DNA of 50,102 nt from Pseudomonadota bacterium. Lineage in GTDB: Bacteria; Pseudomonadota; Alphaproteobacteria; MPNO01; UBA2964. Below, piece by piece: positions 1 to 8,811 of this stretch. The translations under genes and the position numbers were made by a program. How positions within the stretch are numbered: the stretch's first letter is position 1; each line of letters starts with the position of its first letter. The notes under the pieces are model-generated. The model worked only from the letters and a program-made list of their open reading frames with translations. It was not told where the DNA came from and did not search any database. The DNA lies in contig JAQBTY010000001.1 of the NCBI GenBank assembly GCA_027624735.1, forward strand, positions 1-50,102. The letters are read 5' to 3'.

Positions 1-167
1 AAACGCTAAACTATGAAACACCGGCAGAGCGATTCCACGCTTGTGTTGCAGCGATCCGTTGAGTCCACAGGATAACCCCGGCGTTCTCGACTAGACAGTA
101 TCGTTGCTTTGGTGTGAGACTGAATTTGGGGTTGGCAATGACCGGAAAAGCACAGGGGGATTGCCCA

Positions 168-527
168 ATGAAACAAATACTCACCCACGTCTTCCTATGC
201 CTCGTACTGGCGACATCGGCATGCTCGCACTTCGACGAGAGCGTGGCCGCCTATGAAGACGGTGACTATGCGACGGCCTTGTGGGAGTGGCGGCGGCTCG
301 CCAGGGCGGGCTATGGTCCCGCCCTCAACAACCTCGGCGTTGTGTATTACGAGGGCACGGGCGTTCCACAGGACCCCGCACAGGCATATCAATGGTTCAG
401 CCTCGCGGCATCCCAAGGATACAGGCATGCTCTCGAAAACCGTCACGTCGTCGCCGGTACAATGACATCCGCCCAGTTCGCCGAGGCGCGGCGGCTGACC
501 CGCGAGTGGTGGATGCTGAACCGGTAG
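168..527 (+). CDS. Sel1-repeat protein, exported (possible lipoprotein)
   Basis: ORF 114..527 starts at a GTG. The internal ATG at 168 gives MKQILTHVFLCLVLATSAC (signal peptide ending in Cys) with a purine-rich GGGGGA upstream. Sel1-type repeat consensus: ALNNLGVVYYEGTGVPQDPAQAYQWFSLAASQG. Confidence 0.8.
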   Translation: MKQILTHVFLCLVLATSACSHFDESVAAYEDGDYATALWEWRRLARAGYGPALNNLGVVYYEGTGVPQDPAQAYQWFSLAASQGYRHALENRHVVAGTMTSAQFAEARRLTREWWMLNR

Positions 528-540
528 AGCACTATCTGAT

Positions 541-1380
541 TTAGCTCAGATGCTTGCGCATGAAGCCGGCGAACACCTGAACGATTTCGGCTTCATAGGG
601 TTCCCACTCGTCGAACGGGATAAGCGGCACGTCCTGATCTTCGATGGGCAAGCGATGCAGCTCGCTGCCGGGGATCAGTTCATGCGCGGCGAGGCCGCTG
701 GTCGAAGCATGGGTATTGTCGTTGCCGGGGATGACGATGCTGGGCGCCTTGATTTGCGCGAGTTCCTCGGGCGTCGCCCCCATGACCGGCAGATTGGCCC
801 CGGCCACGAACAGGTCACGCAGGCGCGACATGATATGGATGAAATGATCGGGATCCATCGCCATCAGAGTCTCGCCGCTGGCCGGGTTGGCGGTAATGCG
901 CTCCTGATAGGCATCGGTGGCGCAGACCGCCGCCATGCCGCCTTCTTTCGCGGCGCGGATGAACTGGTCGTAATAGAGCTCTGGCAGGCGGTTGGCCGCG
1001 AACGGGCCGCCGGTCACGCGCAGCAGCAACAGGCCGCGCACCGCATCGGGGTGACGAATCCCGAACAGGATCGAGGTACGCGCGCCCGATGACGAACCGC
1101 CGACGAAGACCGGCAACGCGTCAAGCTGACCCAGCAATTCCCGCAGATCGTCGGCCCAGACCGCCTCCTCCACCTCATCGGCGGACATGGCGATGCTGGA
1201 GGCGCCGGTGTTACGCCTGTCATGCAGCAGGACCCGGAAGCCTTGCGCCGACAGCTTGCCGGCCAGGGATTTGAATTCCCCATAGCCGCGCCGCCCGCCG
1301 GTGATCAGCGCCACCCAGGGTCCTTCATTGCCGAATACTTCGTAATTGATCGTGACGCCGCGAACAGTTGCCGTTGCCAT
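541..1380 (-). CDS. alpha/beta hydrolase fold protein
   Basis: ORF 541..1437. ATG at 1380 (MATATVRGVTINYEVFG) is preferred because the 19 upstream codons are Arg/Pro-rich junk-like. G-x-S-x-G nucleophile elbow (GGSSSGA). Typical N-terminal HDRRNTG loop. Confidence 0.85.
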   Translation of the reverse strand: MATATVRGVTINYEVFGNEGPWVALITGGRRGYGEFKSLAGKLSAQGFRVLLHDRRNTGASSIAMSADEVEEAVWADDLRELLGQLDALPVFVGGSSSGARTSILFGIRHPDAVRGLLLLRVTGGPFAANRLPELYYDQFIRAAKEGGMAAVCATDAYQERITANPASGETLMAMDPDHFIHIMSRLRDLFVAGANLPVMGATPEELAQIKAPSIVIPGNDNTHASTSGLAAHELIPGSELHRLPIEDQDVPLIPFDEWEPYEAEIVQVFAGFMRKHLS

Positions 1381-1596
1381 GATAAACCTCGTCCTTTCCG
1401 GTTGCGGGGGCCGCCGAGGGCCAGCCGATCCAGCCATTGCCGGTCAAACTATACGTCGGCGCGGGGCCGACACAAAGGCGGCAACGATATTTCAATAACC
1501 CGGCGACGGGAGAGCCCCCGATATTGCAGGCCGATGGCACGGAAAACGGGATCCTATGGGTAACAAATGTTAAATTCTATCCACTAGAGTCGGGGC

Positions 1597-2280
1597 ATGA
1601 CTAGGGACCGGCCCGACGGACGCCTGATTTTTAGACCGCTTTGGCTTGCCGTTTGCGCGCTTGTTTCTCTTTGTCCGCCTGCTTCGCTGGCGGCGAGCAG
1701 GGGCGAACAAGTGATCGTCGTCAATGGCAATACGATCATCATCGGGTCGAAGCAGGTCTATCTCCGCGGCGTCGATGCGCCGGAGACGGACCAGTATTGT
1801 CTTGTCGGGCAGGTCCAGTGGGCCTGCGGCAAACAGGCGGCGCGAGAACTCGCCAACAAGATCGGCGGCAAGCCCGTCAAGTGCAAAGCCCGCGACGGCG
1901 ACAACGTGGATTGCTTTGGGGGCGGCGTTAATCTGGGTTCCTGGATGGTATCGAACGGCTGGGCCGTCGCATCCGGAAACGTGAGCATCTACGCCGGAGA
2001 GGAACGCCAGGCCAAAAGGGGCAAGCGCGGGATGTGGCGCAGCGAGTTCGTGCGGCCCTGGTCATGGCGGCGCGGCCTGAGGTCCAGCACATCCGCCACC
2101 AATAGCGAGGCGCGCGTCTGCCCGATCAAGGGAGAAATCACCGCTTCGGGCGAGAAAATTTATTATCAACCCCGGCACCGTCACTATGACCGCGTACAGA
2201 TCGATACCGGCAATCATGAACGGTGGTTCTGCTCCGTCCAACAGGCCCGACGGGCCGGCTGGGAGGCGCCCAGAAAATAG
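1597..2280 (+). CDS. secreted thermonuclease (staphylococcal nuclease, SNase) family protein with C-terminal Cys-bounded module
   Basis: ATG at 1597. Hydrophobic N-terminus LWLAVCALVSLCPPASLAA. SNase motif VYLRGVDAPE and KRGMWRSEF. Extra C-terminal ~50 aa module CPIKGEI..YYQP..ERWFCS..ARRAGW. Confidence 0.8.
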   Translation: MTRDRPDGRLIFRPLWLAVCALVSLCPPASLAASRGEQVIVVNGNTIIIGSKQVYLRGVDAPETDQYCLVGQVQWACGKQAARELANKIGGKPVKCKARDGDNVDCFGGGVNLGSWMVSNGWAVASGNVSIYAGEERQAKRGKRGMWRSEFVRPWSWRRGLRSSTSATNSEARVCPIKGEITASGEKIYYQPRHRHYDRVQIDTGNHERWFCSVQQARRAGWEAPRK

Positions 2281-2356
2281 CGCATCAGCGATCCATGGTG
2301 TGACACCGGTTTCCTGCCTAGGATGGCATCCCTCTCTCACCGAGCGGTGACCTGCC

Positions 2357-3601
2357 GTGCCCCCTTTCGACCCCTCGACCGCCGCCATCAAGGATTCCCG
2401 CAAGGGATGGGTGGTGGTTGGCACCCTGTTCCTGATGCTGGGCATCGTCATCACCGGCCGCAGTTCGATCGGGCTGATGATGCCGTTCTGGAAAGACGAT
2501 CTCGGGTGGAGCTACGGATTCGTGTCGACCGCCGGCGCCGTCATGATGACCGTGATGGCGGCCATCGCCCCCGCCGCCGGGCTGGTGCTCGACCGGTTCG
2601 GCTCCCGCGTTCTCTATGCCGTTGGCATGGGTTTTATCGGGACGGCCTTCGTGCTCTGTTCCTTCATGACCGAACGCTGGCAGCTGATCGCCCTGTTCAG
2701 CATCATGGCGGGGATCGGCTTCTCCGTCGTTTCGCCGTCGCTGGTTTCTTCCACGGTGGCGCGCTATTTCGACAGCAGGCTGGGGCTCGCGACCAGTATA
2801 GCGTCCTCGGGCGCCACCGGCGGCCAGCTCGCGCTGATGCCGTTACTGGGATTGGTCGTTGTCGCCGTCGGCTGGCGGGCAAGCTTTATCGGCATCGGCG
2901 TGACAATCCTGGCGACCGCCATCATCGTTCCTATCCTGATCGGAAAAGAGCCGCGCGCGCCATCATCGGTCGGCGCGGCGAAGGGCTGGTCCCTGGCGCC
3001 CACCTTCGCCCAGCTGCGCGGCGACAAGACTTTCTGGTTGTTGACCAGCGGTTTTTTTATCTGTGGCTTCACCACCACCGGCGTCATCAAGATCCACTTG
3101 ATTCCCTACGCCGTAAGCTGCGGTTTCCCGCCGCTGCAAGGCGCCTTTGCCTATGGTGTGATGTGCGCATTCAGCCTGGCCGGCATGATCATCTATGGCC
3201 ATCTGTCGGACCGGATGCATCGCCCGGCCCTGCTCACCAGCATCTATTTCATGCGCGCCCTGACCTTTATCCTGCTGATGTATATCGCAGACAGCCCAGC
3301 GACTTTGTTCACCTTCGCCATTCTGTTCGGGATCTTCGACTATGCCACCTTCCCGATCGTCGCCAGTCTGGTGGCGAGCCATATCGGGCGCCATATCATG
3401 GGCATCACCATGGGCCTGATCTTCGCCGCCCATTCGCTGGGGGGCGCTCTGGGATCCTTCATGGGCGGCTATCTGTTCGAACTGTCCGCCCGCTATGATG
3501 GGGTGTGGATGACCTCGCTCGGGCTCGCGCTGCTGGCCGCGTTGCTGACCATTCTGATCGAGGAAAACCGCCCGCCGGTGGCGGAACCGGCGCTGGCGTA
3601 A
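2357..3601 (+). CDS. MFS transporter
   Basis: 414 aa and highly hydrophobic, with about 12 predicted helices. MFS motif-A-like loop GLVLDRFGSRVLY between TM2 and TM3. GTG start at 2357, with no in-frame ATG before the first helix. Confidence 0.85.
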   Translation: MPPFDPSTAAIKDSRKGWVVVGTLFLMLGIVITGRSSIGLMMPFWKDDLGWSYGFVSTAGAVMMTVMAAIAPAAGLVLDRFGSRVLYAVGMGFIGTAFVLCSFMTERWQLIALFSIMAGIGFSVVSPSLVSSTVARYFDSRLGLATSIASSGATGGQLALMPLLGLVVVAVGWRASFIGIGVTILATAIIVPILIGKEPRAPSSVGAAKGWSLAPTFAQLRGDKTFWLLTSGFFICGFTTTGVIKIHLIPYAVSCGFPPLQGAFAYGVMCAFSLAGMIIYGHLSDRMHRPALLTSIYFMRALTFILLMYIADSPATLFTFAILFGIFDYATFPIVASLVASHIGRHIMGITMGLIFAAHSLGGALGSFMGGYLFELSARYDGVWMTSLGLALLAALLTILIEENRPPVAEPALA

Positions 3602-3612
3602 AAGCCGCGACT

Positions 3613-5031
3613 TCAGTCTAGAGCATATTCTGGCCCACCGAAGGTGCCGGCGATGGAATCGGCGGCGATCAGCCCGATGCCGAATGACTTGATCAGCCCG
3701 CCCACATAGCCGGCGCGCGGCCCGCCCTCGATGCCGCCAACGGCGGAGCCCGCCGCATAAAGCCCGGCGATGGGCCGATCGTCGGTATCCACGACCTCTC
3801 CCCGCCCGTTTACCGCAAGCCCGCCTGAGGTCACCGTTATGCCGGCGCACACCGGGATCGCGTAGAAAGGCGCATCTGTGACCGGAAACGCCTTGTAATC
3901 CCCGATATTCCGCGCCGGCTCGATCGGCGCCGCTCCGTCCGCCTGAACAAAATCGTTATATCCCGCGACGGTGGCAGCCAACCCATCCGGATCAATCCCG
4001 GCTTTTTGGGCGAGGGTCGCCAGATTAGCCGCTTCGATCACCGTCCCGCCGTTCTCGGGCAAGGACGGGTTTGGCGGCACATTATCGGTGGTCAGCGCAT
4101 CGTGCCAGACGGCGGCGTCGAAAATGGCCGTCGCCGACAGGGGCTCATCGAGCCGCGCGATGGCGTTGGCCACATAGATACCGCCCTGACCTTCATCGGC
4201 GAAGCGCCGCCCGGCGCGGTCGACCACCAGCGATTGGGCGCAAATCAGATCAACCTGCGGGTACGGCCATAATTTGTCATTGTCCAGCGCATCGCGGCTC
4301 AACACATGACCGTAAAAAGTCTCCAGCCCCAGGGCCGCCGCGCCGATTTCCGTCGCCATACGCAGCCCATCGCCGCAACCGGTCCCGGCATTGCGGCGCT
4401 GCAAATCACCGGCGCGTGGCGTGATATGGCGCCCGACCAGTTCTTCACTGGCCTGGAAACCGCCATCGGCGATGACCACGGAGCGGCCGGCGATGGTCTC
4501 CGCCCCATCCGGCCCGTCAAAAATGATACCGGTGATGCGGCCGTCATCGCGCTCTATGGCGCTCGCCCGGCAGCCGCGGCGCAGTTCGCCGCCACGCTTC
4601 ACCAATGAACTTTCCAGCGTTTGCAGGAATAAATTCGGGCCGCTCTGTTCCCAATCCAGCCCGGCGCGCATTTCCCGCAACGGGGCGAGCATATTCACCC
4701 CGGTGGAGCGCCGCGGATGTTCGATAAAATTCGCCCCTGCCGCCTCCATCCAGTCGAGGGTGGCGGACGCGCGCGACGTGAGGGCCCGCGCCAGATCCCG
4801 CCGCGCCGTACCATCCGTGGTCTCCATGATGGCGTCAAACAGCCCGTCCGCCGGCTCACGCGGGTTGCGAAAGGCCACATGCAGCGCACCGGTCGAAATC
4901 CGCGAATTACACCAGTACAGCCTATCGTTCCCCGCTTCCAGCACCACGACCTTCAGCCCGTGCTCTGCGCAGCGGTTGGCGGCGGTTAGACCGGCAAAAC
5001 CGCCGCCTATGACAATGACATCTACCGACAT
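3613..5031 (-). CDS. FAD-dependent oxidoreductase (fumarate reductase/succinate dehydrogenase flavoprotein-like, FAD_binding_2)
   Basis: N-terminal MSVDVIVIGGGFAGL..VVVLEAG dinucleotide-binding motif. C-terminal PIAGLYAAGSAVGG motif typical of this flavoprotein family. 472 aa. Confidence 0.85.
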   Translation of the reverse strand: MSVDVIVIGGGFAGLTAANRCAEHGLKVVVLEAGNDRLYWCNSRISTGALHVAFRNPREPADGLFDAIMETTDGTARRDLARALTSRASATLDWMEAAGANFIEHPRRSTGVNMLAPLREMRAGLDWEQSGPNLFLQTLESSLVKRGGELRRGCRASAIERDDGRITGIIFDGPDGAETIAGRSVVIADGGFQASEELVGRHITPRAGDLQRRNAGTGCGDGLRMATEIGAAALGLETFYGHVLSRDALDNDKLWPYPQVDLICAQSLVVDRAGRRFADEGQGGIYVANAIARLDEPLSATAIFDAAVWHDALTTDNVPPNPSLPENGGTVIEAANLATLAQKAGIDPDGLAATVAGYNDFVQADGAAPIEPARNIGDYKAFPVTDAPFYAIPVCAGITVTSGGLAVNGRGEVVDTDDRPIAGLYAAGSAVGGIEGGPRAGYVGGLIKSFGIGLIAADSIAGTFGGPEYALD

Positions 5032-5152
5032 GGGACAATCACCTCAAAATTCTGACCATAGAGCCGCGATATCAGACATGTTGTGTCAAAACAACTGTCC
5101 ACGGTAGTCTGAGGCACAAACCCGTCGCCATTATTCGGAGGAACATTGAAAA

Positions 5153-6088
5153 ATGAAAAAGCTGGTTCTTGAAAACACCGCTCCCTTTCAGGGCCTGTGC
5201 GAGCTGGTCGCCTATCAGGAAGGCCTGTTCGAAAAGGAAGGTCTGTTGGTCGAATGGGTCGACCGCGAGGCAGGCGTCGACCGCAAGACCTACACCGACA
5301 TTACCGACCCCAGGGACGCCGATCCGCATTCGAGCCACGGGCTGATGTTCGAACAGGGCAAGGCCGACATGTACAACGCCTGCGAATGGGGCAATTACTG
5401 CCGCGTCCAGGACACCAGCGTCCAGACCGGCCGCCAGATCGGCCGGCGCTCCATCGTCACCTATGCGGGGCTGGTAGTACGACCGGACTCACCCGTCTAC
5501 ACACCGCAGCAGCTGGCCAACCGGCTGGTGGGCGTGCCGTTCTTCTTCGGCACCCATTATCTGGCCCTGCACATGCTGGAGGGGTTTCTGCCGCGCGACC
5601 AGATTAAAGTGTGCAAGGCGCCCATGGGGTCCAAGTACCGGTTCGATGCCATGATGTCGGGAGAGATCGAGGCAACCACCCTGACCGAGCCTTATCTCAC
5701 GCTGGCCGAGAAGAAGGGCTGCCGCATCGTGGCTTCCGCCTTTTTCCATGGCACCGAGGTAGCGTCGGACAAGGTGGATGCGGAAACCTACGGCATGTTC
5801 AACCGCGCGGTCTGCGAAGCGGTGCGCCGGGTCAATGCCGACAAGAAGAAATACATGCAGTACTTCATCGACTATCACAAGAAATCCGACCCCGAGATCG
5901 GCACACTGACCGCCGACGATATCCGCGAAAGCCGCATTGTAGTGGTGGAGCCTGCTCCGATCCCGGCAGCGGAGCTGGAACGCACCGCCGCCTGGATCAA
6001 GAGCTGGGGTATGCTGGCGGAGACCGACGACGTGACCGAGCTGGTCAACATGGATGTCCAAACCGGCGCCCACGCGGCCGCGGAATAA
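5153..6088 (+). CDS. NMT1/THI5-like periplasmic-binding-protein-fold protein without signal peptide (probably cytosolic)
   Basis: GGAGGA Shine-Dalgarno 10 nt upstream of the ATG. N-terminus MKKLVLENTAPFQGLCELVAYQEGLFEKEGL resembles SsuA/NMT1-type binders but has no hydrophobic leader. No ABC permease or ATPase gene is adjacent. Confidence 0.65.
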   Translation: MKKLVLENTAPFQGLCELVAYQEGLFEKEGLLVEWVDREAGVDRKTYTDITDPRDADPHSSHGLMFEQGKADMYNACEWGNYCRVQDTSVQTGRQIGRRSIVTYAGLVVRPDSPVYTPQQLANRLVGVPFFFGTHYLALHMLEGFLPRDQIKVCKAPMGSKYRFDAMMSGEIEATTLTEPYLTLAEKKGCRIVASAFFHGTEVASDKVDAETYGMFNRAVCEAVRRVNADKKKYMQYFIDYHKKSDPEIGTLTADDIRESRIVVVEPAPIPAAELERTAAWIKSWGMLAETDDVTELVNMDVQTGAHAAAE

Positions 6089-6117
6089 GACCCGCCCTAG
6101 ATCTAAGGAAACAAACC

Positions 6118-6822
6118 ATGCGGATCGTCGACCTCAGCATGACCGTGTCCAACTGGGACACGAACTCGTTCGCGCCGGAGGAAACCTATTTCAAACTGCG
6201 GCCGATCGTGAACTGGGAAGACCACGGCTTCGTCTCCAATATGGTGGAGATGACGGTCCATGCCGGCACCCACATCGACAGCCCGCATCATTTCTTCCGC
6301 GATATGCCGTCCATCGACCAGATCTCAGCTGACAATTTCATGGGTGATGCGGTGGTCATCGATCTCACCTTCAAGGGCCACGCCAATGCCCGCATCAATG
6401 TCGAGGACATGGAACAGGCGGAAGCGGCCTTGGCCAAAGAAGGCATCACGCTGGAGCCGGACCTGATCCTGCTTCTCCGCACCGACTGGCCCAGTAGCAA
6501 GTCTCCGCTGGATCCCAACTGGTGGAACGAATCGCCCTGCCTGACCAAGGAGTCAGCCGAATGGATCGTGGGTAAGCTGCCCCGCGCGGTCGGGTTCGAT
6601 TTCGCGCAGGAGGAAAAAGGCGGCGACCACGAGTACGAAAAGGCCGAGGAAATTCTCTCCGGCGCCATGCGGGTGCACAAGGCGATGCTGCCCAAACTCA
6701 CCTTCCAGATCGAAAATTTGATCAACCTCGACCAGCTGCCGTCGAAGCTCAAGATCATCGCGCTGCCGGCCAAGTGGCATTCGGAATCCGCCCCGGCCCG
6801 CGTCATCGGCCTGATCGACTGA
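6118..6822 (+). CDS. cyclase family protein (kynurenine formamidase-like metal hydrolase)
   Basis: Internal ATG at 6118 of ORF 5611..6822, preceded by AAGGAAAC. Canonical cyclase motif HAGTHIDSPHHF (HxGTHxDxPxH). The upstream part of the ORF overlaps the previous gene and is Arg/Gly-rich. Confidence 0.85.
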   Translation: MRIVDLSMTVSNWDTNSFAPEETYFKLRPIVNWEDHGFVSNMVEMTVHAGTHIDSPHHFFRDMPSIDQISADNFMGDAVVIDLTFKGHANARINVEDMEQAEAALAKEGITLEPDLILLLRTDWPSSKSPLDPNWWNESPCLTKESAEWIVGKLPRAVGFDFAQEEKGGDHEYEKAEEILSGAMRVHKAMLPKLTFQIENLINLDQLPSKLKIIALPAKWHSESAPARVIGLID

Positions 6823-6841
6823 CCGGGCGGACCCACTTCAC

Positions 6842-7570
6842 ATGTATGGATGGCGCGCCAGGCTGGGTCGGATAAACCCTTCACCGGAGACAGTCGGGGA
6901 TGAGGAATGGCGCCGCCTGTGTCCGGACGGGACCATGGTTGTCAGTACCCGCATGTTTATCGAAGCGGTGGATGCCGAGGGCCTCACCAACATGGTGAAA
7001 AATGTCGAACGCGCCGCAAAGGAGCTCGCCACCGCCCGCCCCAACGTGATCCTGATGGCTGGCACCGCCGGCGCTTTCAATGGCGGGCCGGGGTTCGACC
7101 GGGAACTGGTCAAACGGATAGAAGATGCGTCCGGCTTGCCCGGCGCCACCACCATGACCGCCGTGCTGGCCGCGCTCGACGCGCTCGATGTGGAAAAGAT
7201 CGCGGTGGCGACATCCTACATACAATCGGTCGATGACGCGCTGGCCGACGTGCTGCGCGCATCGGGCCGCGATGTGGTCGCCATAAAAGGCATGGGGATT
7301 CTCAAAAGCATCGATATGGGCGATCTCGCGCCCGAAACCAATCTTCAGTTTGCCCACGAGATGCTGCGCGACGCCGAAGGGGCGGAAGCCTGCCTTCTGT
7401 CCTGCGGCAACTGGCGAACGCTCGAAGCCATCGCGCCCCTCGAAGAAGAATTCGGCATTCCGGTGATCACCAGCAACCAGACCGGGCTTTGGCATGCGCT
7501 CCGCATGTCGGGGATCGCGCCGGATGAGGTAACCGGCGGTGGTCGATTATTTGAACTGGCGGGCCCATGA
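6842..7570 (+). CDS. Asp/Glu/hydantoin racemase superfamily protein, arylmalonate decarboxylase-like (single catalytic Cys)
   Basis: The C-terminal half ACLLSCGNWRTLEAIAPLEEEFGIPVITSNQTGLWHALRMSG matches the maleate isomerase/AMDase pattern. The first catalytic-Cys position reads MAGTAGAF (Gly-Thr instead of Cys-Thr). Confidence 0.7.
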   Translation: MYGWRARLGRINPSPETVGDEEWRRLCPDGTMVVSTRMFIEAVDAEGLTNMVKNVERAAKELATARPNVILMAGTAGAFNGGPGFDRELVKRIEDASGLPGATTMTAVLAALDALDVEKIAVATSYIQSVDDALADVLRASGRDVVAIKGMGILKSIDMGDLAPETNLQFAHEMLRDAEGAEACLLSCGNWRTLEAIAPLEEEFGIPVITSNQTGLWHALRMSGIAPDEVTGGGRLFELAGP

Positions 7571-8565
7571 AGGCGATCCGTGTCCACACGCTCGGCGGGC
7601 CCGAGGTCCTGAACTATGAGGACGCGCCCGATCCGGAACCAGGTCCCGGCGAAGCGCTGGTGCGGATCGCAGCCGCCGGGGTCAATTTTCTCGATATCTA
7701 TTACCGCAGCGGTTTTCACTGGGGCGGCCATCACGGGCGCGACCTGCCCTACGTTCCGGGCGCCGAGGGCGCCGGCACGGTGGTGGCTTTAGGCGACGGC
7801 GTAACCGACATGGCGGTCGGCGACCGTGTCGCCTACGGCATCTCCAACGGCCAGGGATCCTATGCCGAGCTCAAAGCCGTGCCCGCCTGGCATCTGTACA
7901 AGATCCCCGATTCGGTGGATTTCACGACCGCCGGGGCAATCATGCAGCAGGGCATGACGGCGCATTATCTATCTAATAGCGTCCGCAAGCTGACGCCAGA
8001 CGATACCGTGCTGATTCACGCCGCGGCGGGCGGGACCGGCCTGCTACTGGTCCAGATGGCCAAACGCCAGGGCGCAACGTTGATCGGCACCGTCTCCAGC
8101 GACGCCAAGGTCAAGGTGGTGAGGGACGTCGGCGCCGATTGGGTCATCGTCACCAGCGTGCAGGATTTCAAGGGTGAAGTGCGTCGCCTGACCGATGGCA
8201 AGGGCTGTACCGTGGTCTATGATTCGGTCGGCAAGGACACGTTCGAGCGTAGCCTCGATTGTCTCGCCCCCTTGGGCGCCATGGTGCTCTACGGCCAATC
8301 CAGCGGCAAGGTGCCGCCGCTCGATACCGCCGTCTTGAACGCCAAGGGATCATTATCCCTCTGGCGCCCCAGCCTGACCGATTACGTGGCGAGCCGCGAT
8401 GACGTGCAGCACCGCGCCGGCGATTTGTTCCGCTGGATCGAAGCCGGCGACCTTACCGTCACTGTCGGCGGAACTTTCTCCCTCCGCGACGCCGCCGAAG
8501 CGCATCGCCAGCTGGCGTCCCGTGCCACCATCGGCAAACTGATGCTCCTGCCGGGTAGGGGTTAA
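7567..8565 (+). CDS. NADPH:quinone oxidoreductase (zinc-type alcohol dehydrogenase superfamily, MDR)
   Basis: ATGA overlap with the preceding gene. N-terminus MKAIRVHTLGGPEVL. Cofactor motif IHAAAGGTGLLLVQ (AxxGxxG). 332 aa, typical of Qor-like MDRs. Confidence 0.85.
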   Translation: MKAIRVHTLGGPEVLNYEDAPDPEPGPGEALVRIAAAGVNFLDIYYRSGFHWGGHHGRDLPYVPGAEGAGTVVALGDGVTDMAVGDRVAYGISNGQGSYAELKAVPAWHLYKIPDSVDFTTAGAIMQQGMTAHYLSNSVRKLTPDDTVLIHAAAGGTGLLLVQMAKRQGATLIGTVSSDAKVKVVRDVGADWVIVTSVQDFKGEVRRLTDGKGCTVVYDSVGKDTFERSLDCLAPLGAMVLYGQSSGKVPPLDTAVLNAKGSLSLWRPSLTDYVASRDDVQHRAGDLFRWIEAGDLTVTVGGTFSLRDAAEAHRQLASRATIGKLMLLPGRG

Positions 8566-8574
8566 TAGTCTGGC

Positions 8575-8735
8575 CCGAAATAAATGACCGCCTTTCAACG
8601 GGTCATGGACCTCCATCCAATTTATTTCGTCGCCCCCGGGCGTGACCCGGGGGTTCAGGAATTGTCGTAATTCCCAATATCCGACTGGATTGCCGGCTAT
8701 GGGCGTGAAGCGCACCTGGGTCCGGCAATGACGAA
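8575..8735. repeat. cluster of GC-rich palindromic (REP-like) hairpins in a convergent intergenic region
   Basis: An 8-bp perfect stem CCCCCGGG-cgtga-CCCGGGGG lies at 8633..8653. ATTGCCGG (8689..8696) pairs with CCGGCAAT (8722..8729). ATGACC..GGTCAT lies at 8584..8606. The region sits between two convergent stop codons (8565 and 8812). Confidence 0.35.
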
Positions 8736-8811
8736 TGAGAGGTTCGGTCTGCCAACTTATTGGCAAGCAGCACAATCTTTTTGAGTTAGACTCTAAGACT
8801 TCAGGTAAATG

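Noticed and set aside
6-188. 60-aa minus-strand ORF at the window edge
   Set aside because: It has no Shine-Dalgarno and a Cys/His-rich odd composition. It overlaps the start region of the Sel1 gene. It is most likely non-coding.
2963-3850. Long antisense or alternative-frame ORFs throughout the window (for example, 2963..3850, 5489..6073, 10595..11248, 20655..21449, 25601..26626, 28092..28664, 28863..29531, 33066..34109, 34197..35183, 43466..44143, 44534..45262)
   Set aside because: They show Arg/Gly/His/Pro-rich compositions typical of off-frame translation in high-GC DNA. Each overlaps a gene with clear family motifs on the other strand or frame.
5611-6117. N-terminal 169-codon extension of the cyclase ORF
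   Set aside because: It overlaps the 3' half of the preceding gene in another frame and is Arg/Gly-rich. A proper RBS and ATG at 6118 start the conserved domain.
8353-8775. 140-aa minus-strand ORF spanning the quinone oxidoreductase 3' end and the hairpin-rich spacer
   Set aside because: It is partly antisense to a well-supported gene. The remainder is translated from REP-like palindromes (..RVTPGGDE..).
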